Below, one piece after another: positions 49,118 through 57,516 of a DNA stretch of 64,000 nucleotides; the stretch's first letter is position 1, and every line of letters begins with the position of its first letter. The DNA lies in IMG/VR virus record IMGVR_UViG_3300006990_000025; one strand, given 5' to 3'. The stretch is from an uncultured virus (IMG/VR IMGVR_UViG_3300006990_000025). Taxonomy: Duplodnaviria > Heunggongvirae > Uroviricota > Caudoviricetes. The notes below the pieces were generated by a model. The model ran no database searches, was not told the DNA's origin, and saw nothing but the letters and a program-made list of their open reading frames with translations. The position numbers and the translations under genes are program-made.

Positions 49118-50482
49118 TTAACTAAAAGATGGGGTGAAATAACCTTTTGTTGGGGCTACCGCTTTGTAATTATTGACGGTGATAGTTCCTATTGTCTGTG
49201 TTGGGTAGGTGTTCTCATGTGCCTTTCGATACAAAGACCCACTTCCACCAAAGACTGATGGGGCATTAGGCCAGTCATTGACATAACTTGCCGTCAATGG
49301 TTTTACATTAGACAACGGGGCAAGTTTCTTATTTATAGCACCGGACATAGAAGTTAAAGGTACATCAAGACCAACGCCTCTTTGAAATGGTAAATATGCG
49401 GGGCGCATGAACATTCCATTCGTAACCGCTTGAGAAAAAGCCCTAATTGTTTGAGGCATTCCCCAACTGGTTTCAAGCCCATTAGTGGTATCAGCCCATG
49501 TATGAAACCGCTCAACGCTTCTTGAGTATTGATTCCCTACCATGTTATATGTTCCTTTTTTCTTAATAAAATCATAGACAACATATCTTCCTGACGGATG
49601 GATAGGACTAATGTTTGTTGCTACAAAATCTATTGAGTCCGATATTGTAGTTGCTTTCATGTATGTTGAAAGTCTATTACTGTCAATAGTTTGATTCGCT
49701 CTCGTTAGGTACAATGCCAAAAAACCTGCATCGGTTATTGCGGGGTAGTAAGGATTTGGTATAGAAGGCGAAGGACCAAACATAACAGTGTGATTAATTG
49801 CAGTTCCGGCATAAAAAAGAAAGTGATTTATTAAAGCATATTTGAGCGGGGTGAATATGGGTGCAAGTGTACCATCAGGATTTGTAATAAAAGATGAAGC
49901 CGTCATCCCTATGATGTAGTAATTGTCGTTAGCATATACATCAGCGTTATACGATAATGTGGCAACAGTAGCGAGCGCAGCATCTTGATACAGAGAAATA
50001 GTGTCACCGCCACCAACCACATCAAATACAACAGTTGCATTATGCCATTGTCCTACTGTCAAAGTCACATTCGCATTGTAAGTATTTAGCGTTCCATTTG
50101 TTGCCAAAACTTGTAATTGAAGTCTTGAAACTCCGTTGTCATTAAATAAATTCAAATTTACTGCTGGAAATGGGTTTAGATAACTGCCACCCACATTACG
50201 ATTTATACCTATGATACCTGCCGTAGTTGAATGAAAAGCAACCTCATGTTGAATCTTAATCCAAAAACTGAACCCTCCTTTTTTCGCATTTGCAGCATCA
50301 GGAGTTGTTAGACTACTTGGGTTAATTGGCAAAAGGTGACTGTTTGTAGGAGATAATGAAAGTATTGAACTATCCGTATAATTTAAAGACATATTGTTAA
50401 AAGAATCGGATATTAAAGACGGATTAGGCGTGTTAGCCAACCCGTCAAATAACCCAACGGCTTTTAGATTTCTCCGCCCCAT
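49118..50482 (-). CDS. LamG/concanavalin-like domain protein
   Basis: FSFWIK...LTVGQWHNATVVFD...ISLYQD...YIIG LamG pattern. Confidence 0.75.
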   Translation of the reverse strand: MGRRNLKAVGLFDGLANTPNPSLISDSFNNMSLNYTDSSILSLSPTNSHLLPINPSSLTTPDAANAKKGGFSFWIKIQHEVAFHSTTAGIIGINRNVGGSYLNPFPAVNLNLFNDNGVSRLQLQVLATNGTLNTYNANVTLTVGQWHNATVVFDVVGGGDTISLYQDAALATVATLSYNADVYANDNYYIIGMTASSFITNPDGTLAPIFTPLKYALINHFLFYAGTAINHTVMFGPSPSIPNPYYPAITDAGFLALYLTRANQTIDSNRLSTYMKATTISDSIDFVATNISPIHPSGRYVVYDFIKKKGTYNMVGNQYSRSVERFHTWADTTNGLETSWGMPQTIRAFSQAVTNGMFMRPAYLPFQRGVGLDVPLTSMSGAINKKLAPLSNVKPLTASYVNDWPNAPSVFGGSGSLYRKAHENTYPTQTIGTITVNNYKAVAPTKGYFTPSFS

Positions 50483-50507
50483 AGATGATTGTTATGCGAT
50501 ACGGATA

Positions 50508-50855
50508 TTAACTAACTCTGTAATTAGACAATGTGAGGCTTTTCCTTAATGGGGTAGGTGTGCTACCTCCGGTGGCGGTTAAGGAAATGTCCTCGCTCAT
50601 CTTCAACGGTCTTTCTATTCGCTTTCGGCGACCAAAACTCCAACCGCAGGGTTTTCCATCTTTATGATACACAATGCAATACCTACTAACTGGGTATTTA
50701 TCCCCATCTTTCATCTTCAAGCGTCGGTAGCCTTGTTTCTTGACCTTGCCAACACATACTGCTGACTCATAATCATAATCTCTATCCTTTGATGTTGAAA
50801 CAACTGGATTCACCATACTCAAACTTCCTCCGCAGTTAGGACAAGGCATACTCAA
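50508..50855 (-). CDS. Zn-ribbon hypothetical protein
   Basis: CPNCGG motif plus further Cys residues. Confidence 0.6.
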   Translation of the reverse strand: MSMPCPNCGGSLSMVNPVVSTSKDRDYDYESAVCVGKVKKQGYRRLKMKDGDKYPVSRYCIVYHKDGKPCGWSFGRRKRIERPLKMSEDISLTATGGSTPTPLRKSLTLSNYRVS

Positions 50856-51073
50856 TCCTCCTTGTCAGGGTGACTCTTGGGTAGGCTCTTACGCCTTGTA
50901 GCAGCCATTTTGTCAAGGTGCTTTACTAAGTTTTCAGCCGCAGTATCAAAACGCTTCTTAGAATGCACATCAACTGCCATTTGAGCATAAAGTGCGCTCA
51001 AGTCTATGTTCTGTGTTATGTATTCTATTATTTCATACTCGGCATGTTTTACACTACCTGCTCTCATACTCAT
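50852..51073 (-). CDS. hypothetical protein
   Basis: 73 aa ORF with a TAATATAGGTG promoter. Confidence 0.65.
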   Translation of the reverse strand: MSMRAGSVKHAEYEIIEYITQNIDLSALYAQMAVDVHSKKRFDTAAENLVKHLDKMAATRRKSLPKSHPDKED

Positions 51074-51348
51074 GAGAGGGTCTTGTATAACCCACCTATA
51101 TTAGGTGTGAGAGATTTGTAGGCCGATTCTAACGGTTCTTTTGCATAAGGTATTGCTCGTTTGGTGTTGAGTAATCCTTGCCTCTCAAACTATCCTATGG
51201 GTCAGTCCTATATAAACCTACCGCATATAATGTTTATTAGAAGTGATTAAGCCCTGACGATATTCTTCAATCGCCTCACGCATACATGCCTTACACTTAT
51301 GCTTGCCTTCAAACTGTGGATTGTGAACCAAAGGGCGAATGCACTTCA

Positions 51349-51831
51349 TCATTCTTCCTCTCGCATTTCTCTTAGTTTAGCATCCATGTATTTCTTACGC
51401 TCATGCCGCTTTCTTCTTTTTCTTTCTTGGCGGGTTTTATCAGCCCTGCCTTCGATTTTTTCATTATGCTTTTTGCCCGCCAAATGCTCTTTGTAATGTT
51501 TTATACGGTGACAATTAGAACATATTAATTGACACTTAGCAATCTCTTTTTCTATTCTCTTCCAAGAGTAGCCGTTACCAACAAGATAAGAAATTGATGC
51601 AACCTTGTCATCGTGGTTAATATGATGATAATCTAAAGCCCATGTTGCTATTTGACCCGATAGGCCACACACAACACAAGCCCCCTCCGCTTTTATCTTC
51701 TGGAGTTTTTCTCTTGTTTGCTTTCGTCGCAGTCTAACCTGCGCTCTCCTTTTATCAGCATTACTTTGATACCATTTCTTGTGATAATTTCGCTGATATT
51801 CTCTGCGTTTATCAGCATCTTTGAAGGGCAT
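51349..51831 (-). CDS. HNH endonuclease
   Basis: CVVCG...LDYHH...KCQLICSNCHRIKH; probable start MPFKD. Confidence 0.85.
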   Translation of the reverse strand: MPFKDADKRREYQRNYHKKWYQSNADKRRAQVRLRRKQTREKLQKIKAEGACVVCGLSGQIATWALDYHHINHDDKVASISYLVGNGYSWKRIEKEIAKCQLICSNCHRIKHYKEHLAGKKHNEKIEGRADKTRQERKRRKRHERKKYMDAKLREMREEE

Positions 51832-51842
51832 TAACGCCCGCC

Positions 51843-52127
51843 TCATTCATCAGCAAGTTTTGTCAAAATGATTCTTGGTTGTCCTTCCGAGTCAAGTTTT
51901 GATTTGTAAAAAGACATTTCATCCTGTGTAGGTTCTCGGCCTCTGTAAAAACCGTAAGCCAGTTTGATATATTCCTCTGTTGGAGTTGCATAATCAAGGG
52001 GTGAAGGACATTCATTTAGAATCTTAGGTTCGGCCTTTTTGGTTGGCTTGGTTGCTTTCTTTTCTTCAACAACTTTCTCTTCAACCTTTACTTCCGCTTT
52101 CTCTTCCGCTTTCGCTTTCTTAGCCAT
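51843..52127 (-). CDS. hypothetical Lys/Glu-rich protein
   Basis: 94 aa; C-terminal YIKLAY..GREP..E..FY motif. Confidence 0.7.
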   Translation of the reverse strand: MAKKAKAEEKAEVKVEEKVVEEKKATKPTKKAEPKILNECPSPLDYATPTEEYIKLAYGFYRGREPTQDEMSFYKSKLDSEGQPRIILTKLADE

Positions 52128-52153
52128 GTTTGTTCCAAACCCATGAATAGTTA

Positions 52154-52696
52154 TTAAGCATTATCCCATAATATAGTCAGTTCTATGTCAGTTCGCACAC
52201 CGCCTATGGTGTTGCCTTCAAACCCTTTACCAAAGAAAGCCTCCTTGTCCTTGACTTGTATGGGTTCAGCGACATTGACAACATCGGATATTTTAATGAA
52301 TTTATATCCATAACCGCCCCATTCTGGGTTAGCACTTCCGTTATTAGCATTGACAAGCACTTGCTCTCTTATTATTTTCAATAACTTCCACATCTGTTCG
52401 TCAGTTGGTGTTAGCAAATGAACCACGACATAACCAGTATTTGTTGTCGCTGCAATCGTGGCAGCAGGGTTCATGTTAGCGATTTCAGTTTCTTGATAAA
52501 AATTAGTCAATACAATTTGTGGCACTTTTTGATTCTTCATAGAAAACCAACTATCAGTTTGTATTGTTATACTTGGCAGCCCCGCAGCCGTGAGTTTAGC
52601 AGCAAGCCCTGATTCTAAGATAACTTTGGTAAGAGCCTTTGGGCTAAGTGTAGGCTCATTATTTGTAGCGGGCATATCATGCACCGCCATTACCAA
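52154..52696 (-). CDS. tail completion/terminator protein, putative
   Basis: Follows the head-tail connector; PQIVLT...VVVHLL...DIELTI beta pattern. Confidence 0.55.
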   Translation of the reverse strand: MVMAVHDMPATNNEPTLSPKALTKVILESGLAAKLTAAGLPSITIQTDSWFSMKNQKVPQIVLTNFYQETEIANMNPAATIAATTNTGYVVVHLLTPTDEQMWKLLKIIREQVLVNANNGSANPEWGGYGYKFIKISDVVNVAEPIQVKDKEAFFGKGFEGNTIGGVRTDIELTILWDNA

Positions 52697-53306
52697 AGAC
52701 TGCTACGGCCATGAAAGAATTAGCCTTGACTTTCTCCAAGTATTCTTTGTATTCTTTCTCCGTTGAGTCTAGTAATGGTCGCCAAAATTGTTTGATTCTT
52801 TCAGCCGAGTTCTCATCATTCAAACTCGCTCTTGCCGCCTGTCTAACAACTAAGAGAATTGTAGCCATTTTCGCCTCGATTGGGGCAGTGGCAATTCCTG
52901 ATGTGTAAGTTATTTTGAATAGTTGAATAGCATTTAGTCCGACGAGGTTATGGAATCTAATAACTCCGGCTTCCGCATCATCCAACCACCAGTCATCTGT
53001 TCCATCTCTTTTTCTTCCTTCTTCAAGAACAGTAGTCGAACCATCAGATTTAGTTTCTTCAACAGAGGTAATAGAAGCGACGGGTCTATTTTTTAGAGTA
53101 ATGTGCCTCATCCTGTATGTTGAATCATGATATTCGACATGGCTAACAACACCTGCTAACTGCCGACCTGCATACATATCAACCAAGCGTGAAGCATTGG
53201 TTATCATTGTAGCCAATTCAGCATCAGTTGGTCCGATGTTATTACCATCAATTAGACCCGAATAAGTTCTAACCTCTGTCACTGTGCAGTAATCTATTGC
53301 GCTCAT
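52677..53306 (-). CDS. head-tail connector (adaptor) protein
   Basis: YCTVTEVR, ASRLVDMYAGR, PVASITSV and ITYTSG..P.EAKMA motifs; directly after the MCP gene. Confidence 0.85.
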   Translation of the reverse strand: MSAIDYCTVTEVRTYSGLIDGNNIGPTDAELATMITNASRLVDMYAGRQLAGVVSHVEYHDSTYRMRHITLKNRPVASITSVEETKSDGSTTVLEEGRKRDGTDDWWLDDAEAGVIRFHNLVGLNAIQLFKITYTSGIATAPIEAKMATILLVVRQAARASLNDENSAERIKQFWRPLLDSTEKEYKEYLEKVKANSFMAVAVFGNGGA

Positions 53307-53341
53307 AACATATCCCTTGTCAAGATGGGCTTTAACGGTTG

Positions 53342-53373
53342 AGCCTTAGCCCCCTCTCTTGAGGGCTATGGCT
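53342..53373 (-). terminator. stem-loop downstream of the major capsid gene
   Basis: AGCC-T-TAGCCC...GGGCTA-T-GGCT inverted repeat. Confidence 0.5.
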
Positions 53374-53411
53374 TACGCTATCGCCTTTGTTAAAAGGTTA
53401 GTTAATCAGCC

Positions 53412-54536
53412 TCAAAGAGTTGCTAATCCGTGAATGGTGCATATTGCCTCATCATAGCGAACTGCGAAGGCAACATCTTGCTTAGGAATAAGCACGAATC
53501 TGTCCTTTGTTGGTTCGTCATGGAAGCCAATACTGAATCTTCTCTCTGCAACTGTTGGGTTGCCGATTAGTGGAGAACGGACATTCACTAGCATAGCGAT
53601 TGTACAGTTTCTTACAGAGTTAGCAACGCTTGATAGAGCAAACTTACCTGTGTGGTTCATGTTGGTTGGAATAACGCCAGTAGCGAAAACTCTGACACCA
53701 TAGATTCGACCAAGTTCACCGCTTAGGATAGTAGCACCTGCACCGTATTTATCAACAGTTTGTAGTTCAGTAAGTCCTAAGAGTTGAACCTCAAGGTTTC
53801 TTGGAACTATCATAGCCAATTCATCTCTGTTGTCGGAGTAAACACCCAACTTAGCGATAGCACTTCTCATGTGAGCAAGTGTGAAGGCTGAACCTGCATT
53901 TGCTTGGGTTGCATCAACAGTAACCCCTAATCTATTTCCGGCAGTTGCACCAGTTCCGATACAAGCAGTTCTTAGACCATCAAACAATAGAAGGTAGTCA
54001 TTTACAGTTCCGCTAACACCAGTTGGGTTTAGTTCAGCACCAGAAGTTGCATGTGGTCCGTTAATGTTGTCAGCAAAAGAGTTACCAGTAGCAGTATCAC
54101 CGTTAATGAACAAAGATTGTTCGTTAGTAGCAAGTTGTGAAGCAATATCATCTCTTAGAACTGCAAGCAATCCTTCGACACCGTATGCAATCAGGTAATT
54201 ACCGATTGGAATATTAGCAATCATTGTCTTAAGTTCCAACTCAACTTCGTTAGTAGCGTTTCGGCTCTCCCCTGCGGCAGTTCCGGCTTCGGCCATTGTT
54301 AGAGTTTGTTGGTGGAATGATACACTACCTGTCAATTTTGGAATCTTCATAATTCTTCTCGACATTGGCATAGCAGGGAAAAGAGAACGCATGAAGTTTC
54401 TCTCATATACTATTCCGATTATCTCTTCAGCAGTTTCAGTAGGAAGCATTGTTGCACCAGTTGTATTTGCTACACCTGCTAACGCTGCTTTCACCTTTTC
54501 AGTCATCTCATTAAAGTTCATTTCTTCGCTTGTCAT
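53412..54536 (-). CDS. major capsid protein (HK97 fold)
   Basis: GATMLPTETAEEII, MKIPKL, LFINGD and GRIYGVRV motifs; lies directly after the protease. Confidence 0.95.
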   Translation of the reverse strand: MTSEEMNFNEMTEKVKAALAGVANTTGATMLPTETAEEIIGIVYERNFMRSLFPAMPMSRRIMKIPKLTGSVSFHQQTLTMAEAGTAAGESRNATNEVELELKTMIANIPIGNYLIAYGVEGLLAVLRDDIASQLATNEQSLFINGDTATGNSFADNINGPHATSGAELNPTGVSGTVNDYLLLFDGLRTACIGTGATAGNRLGVTVDATQANAGSAFTLAHMRSAIAKLGVYSDNRDELAMIVPRNLEVQLLGLTELQTVDKYGAGATILSGELGRIYGVRVFATGVIPTNMNHTGKFALSSVANSVRNCTIAMLVNVRSPLIGNPTVAERRFSIGFHDEPTKDRFVLIPKQDVAFAVRYDEAICTIHGLATL

Positions 54537-54579
54537 ATTATATCCCTTTCTCTATTTGGTTATTAAGTATATCCTAACT

Positions 54580-56139
54580 TCAAAGTCCTCTTCCTTCAAT
54601 TCTCTCGGATAGCCAAGAGCCAAGTCCGGCCATGCCTTTGCTTACTTCTGGCAAAGGGTCGTACTTGGTTGTTCCAGTTTTCTTTTCAGTTGGAGTAATG
54701 TTAGCCGATAGGCTTTTTCTTTCAGCCGGTACGGATTTTGTTTCAATGTTTAGTTCAGCCATTTTTTCAGCAAGTCTTTTACCGACCTCTGCTTCAATTA
54801 CTGCTTCTTGCTCTGCAATCTCTTTCTCTTCGGTCAAAGATGTAATTAGTGAATCTCTTTCAGCAATAATGCTCTTAAGTGATTCTGTTTCATCGAGTTT
54901 GTCTGTCAGGTTCTTTAGAGTTGCTTCCATGCTTAGAACGGATTTTACAACTTCTTCTAATACTGCATCATCGTCAAGAGTTTTCTCTTCAAGTTCTTCG
55001 ACTACTTCTTCTTCAAGAGCCTCTTCCTCAACAAGTTCTTCTTCGACAAGTTCTTCCTCAACCTCTTCTGTTGCTTCTTCAAGAACTTCTTCTTCGACTG
55101 CTTCTTCGAGAACTTCTTCTTCGAGAACTTCTTCTTCAAGAACTTCTTCAACCTCTTCGGTTTTAACAGTGACTATTTCTTCGGTTGGAACTTCTATTTC
55201 TTGTTCCTTGATTTCAACTTCTTCAATTACTTCTTCGGAGGTTTGCTCATCAGACATGGAACTTTCCTTCTCTATATGGGTATTAACGCTATCGGTGGCA
55301 ATAGCCTGTTTGAACTTTTCTTCCAAGTGTGCTAATTGTTGGCGCAGTTCTTCCATTTCAGTATCTTGGTCGGGTGCGCCCATTGGCTCGGCTTTACCAA
55401 ACTCGATAACATAACTGTCCTCGGTTTCTTCAACTGCTACAATGTGCTTTTCCTCTGTATGATTTCCACCACAACCGCAACCACCGCAACCATCTCCGCC
55501 AATAATGTCTTTAGAACCTGTATAAGAAACTAAAGACTTCTCAACATCAAAGAGAGCATTTGGTGAAGCGGGAATATCAACCACGCTTGTTTCAATCCAT
55601 TCAATGTTAGTAAATCTAACATAGCAAGATTCATCTTCCTTGTCATTAGGACATTCCTTTACTGCGGCTTTTGCTATGAAACCAATAGAGAATGACCTAA
55701 GCATTCCCTTTCTAATCTTTCTAACAATGTCTTTTTCTCCACCGTCAATTCTTGCACGCCCCATAACTGTGCTAATCTTCCTGTCCTCATCCTCATAAGA
55801 ACCCATCTCGACATTTTCCATAACTCCGATAACGCCGTAGTCTTTTCTATGATTGTATAGAATAACTGGATTCTTCATGTAAGATTTCCAAGAGTCTAAT
55901 ATTGCTTTAGGCTCAACCATTTCCTTGTGTCGGTCAAGCATGGCTTCATCTCCGACATATACCGGACCATAGACAACAACATCGTCATCGTCTTTTTTGT
56001 AATTATCTTCATCAACGCTTTTATCAACCTTGAAAGGAACAATCATCCTGTATTCAAATACGGCTTCTTCCGTATTGCCTTTAATGGCATTGAATATTTT
56101 ATCGTCATCCAAGAAAACGGCTTTACCAAAGTCCACCAT
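54580..56139 (-). CDS. prohead protease (HK97/S78 family) fused to an acidic scaffold
   Basis: PVILYNH, LRSFSIGF and IETSVVDIPASPNA catalytic motifs; C-terminal EEEVL repeats and coiled coil. Confidence 0.92.
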   Translation of the reverse strand: MVDFGKAVFLDDDKIFNAIKGNTEEAVFEYRMIVPFKVDKSVDEDNYKKDDDDVVVYGPVYVGDEAMLDRHKEMVEPKAILDSWKSYMKNPVILYNHRKDYGVIGVMENVEMGSYEDEDRKISTVMGRARIDGGEKDIVRKIRKGMLRSFSIGFIAKAAVKECPNDKEDESCYVRFTNIEWIETSVVDIPASPNALFDVEKSLVSYTGSKDIIGGDGCGGCGCGGNHTEEKHIVAVEETEDSYVIEFGKAEPMGAPDQDTEMEELRQQLAHLEEKFKQAIATDSVNTHIEKESSMSDEQTSEEVIEEVEIKEQEIEVPTEEIVTVKTEEVEEVLEEEVLEEEVLEEAVEEEVLEEATEEVEEELVEEELVEEEALEEEVVEELEEKTLDDDAVLEEVVKSVLSMEATLKNLTDKLDETESLKSIIAERDSLITSLTEEKEIAEQEAVIEAEVGKRLAEKMAELNIETKSVPAERKSLSANITPTEKKTGTTKYDPLPEVSKGMAGLGSWLSERIEGRGL

Positions 56140-56163
56140 AGAAAGGTGTCTATGATAAAGGGT

Positions 56164-56517
56164 TTAATACACTTCCTTTGCTTCATAGTTCTCTGGAGTT
56201 TGTTGAAAAATTTCTTGATATAGATTTTCTAACCATTCTTCATCCTTAGCAAAATGCCATGTGCTATGCTTTGTTCCCCTTATGTTAGTCCATCCCCAAC
56301 GCTTCAAGAAGTAAGATATTGTAGTTGTTCCTAAGTATTTGTTGTGTGGAGTAAAGTTATTCCCAACCATTCTTGGTTTGTTGGCTAACACTATGTCAAG
56401 TGCCTCCGAACCGTAAAACAGTTTCTTTGGATTTGCCAATGAATCTTTAGCCAATAGATAGGCTCTATAATTTATCCAAAGTGGAAACTTCTTCAACTTC
56501 TTAGCATTCTTATCCAA
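56164..56517 (-). CDS. hypothetical protein (possible wHTH)
   Basis: Probable TTG start at 56517 after GAGGGTG; the upstream part of the track ORF overlaps a separate 42-aa ORF (56519-56647). Confidence 0.6.
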   Translation of the reverse strand: MDKNAKKLKKFPLWINYRAYLLAKDSLANPKKLFYGSEALDIVLANKPRMVGNNFTPHNKYLGTTTISYFLKRWGWTNIRGTKHSTWHFAKDEEWLENLYQEIFQQTPENYEAKEVY

Positions 56518-56705
56518 TTCACACCCTCGATTCGTCAAAGAATTTTTGTGCAACTTGGGTAAAAGCCTGAAACCAGTCGTCTGTTTCTTTATGCTTTGCC
56601 AATACTTCATCTATAAATTTCATTTTTCCTATTTCTTCCGGTGTCATCTCTCTCGCCTCTGTTTAGTCCTATACATCACTACTATATAAGCATATTGTAT
56701 ATACT

Positions 56706-57047
56706 TTAGTAAAGCAACCAACCTAATACCATTTGCTGAAAGTTGTTGTTGTCAATTCGCACATACAAGTGGTGATGGTAACTCCAACCAACTTTCTCTG
56801 CAATCAATACATGAGAGTCGGAGTTTGCTTCAACTAAATTATTAATGTGTAGTTTTTCATCAGCCGTCAATTCTTTGAGAGAAACAAGGTAAGTTAGACC
56901 TTGATAATATTCGCCTTCGTGAGAAAATGATTCACCCGATAAAGGCGTGCTATTCTCTTTCTTCCTGTATGCTCTTTTGTAAGTTAGGTTAGCAACTGGG
57001 TTATCTGTTCCTGTCATGTCTGGGTTCGGGGGGCTTGCGTCTTGCAT
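56706..57047 (-). CDS. hypothetical protein
   Basis: Start at Met8, 22 nt from TTATATAGGTG. Confidence 0.65.
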   Translation of the reverse strand: MQDASPPNPDMTGTDNPVANLTYKRAYRKKENSTPLSGESFSHEGEYYQGLTYLVSLKELTADEKLHINNLVEANSDSHVLIAEKVGWSYHHHLYVRIDNNNFQQMVLGWLLY

Positions 57048-57085
57048 GTATAGTCCTACACGATGCACCTATATAACAGTTTTGT

Positions 57086-57514
57086 CTATACCATGATTCT
57101 TGGGAAGATTCTTCTAAACTTTTTGTTGAACACTTCTTGAGGAACGGACTTCATTTTCTTTCTCGCCATTTGAGCGGCAGGTCGTAAATATGGTTGAGGT
57201 CGCATTGGTGCAAATGCGGAACGGCCATATTCAACCACTGACGCATATTGAACTTTAGAATTTCCAAACCTGACTGTATATCCCTTCCTATCGGGGGTCA
57301 TAACCACCCTGCCACTTTTCTTAAGTCGCCCAGTCCTAACTGGAACTAATTTTTTTGCTTTTCTCAAAATAAATTCAGCAATCCTCTTTGAACAATCTCT
57401 GCTAAACTCACCGCCCATTGTCGCAGCGAGCATGTGAAACTTCAAACCTATTCTGTTGAATATAGCATGATTTACACTAACAGTTGCATTCATGTTTTGA
57501 AGCATTTTAGACAA
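57086..57514 (-). CDS. HK97 gp10-like tail component / neck protein
   Basis: AKKLVPVRTGRLKKS, YASVVEYG and QPYLRPA motifs. Confidence 0.9.
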   Translation of the reverse strand: MSKMLQNMNATVSVNHAIFNRIGLKFHMLAATMGGEFSRDCSKRIAEFILRKAKKLVPVRTGRLKKSGRVVMTPDRKGYTVRFGNSKVQYASVVEYGRSAFAPMRPQPYLRPAAQMARKKMKSVPQEVFNKKFRRIFPRIMV

Positions 57515-57516
57515 GA

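Noticed and set aside
51349..51831. HNH gene as part of a group I intron or mobile element
   Set aside because: It is free-standing between intact genes, with no split host gene evident.
54632..55414. 260-aa Ser-rich plus-strand ORF (and similar plus-strand ORFs at 30969, 11728, 47406 and 27232)
   Set aside because: Antisense shadows of strongly supported minus-strand genes; their low-complexity composition mirrors the sense codons.
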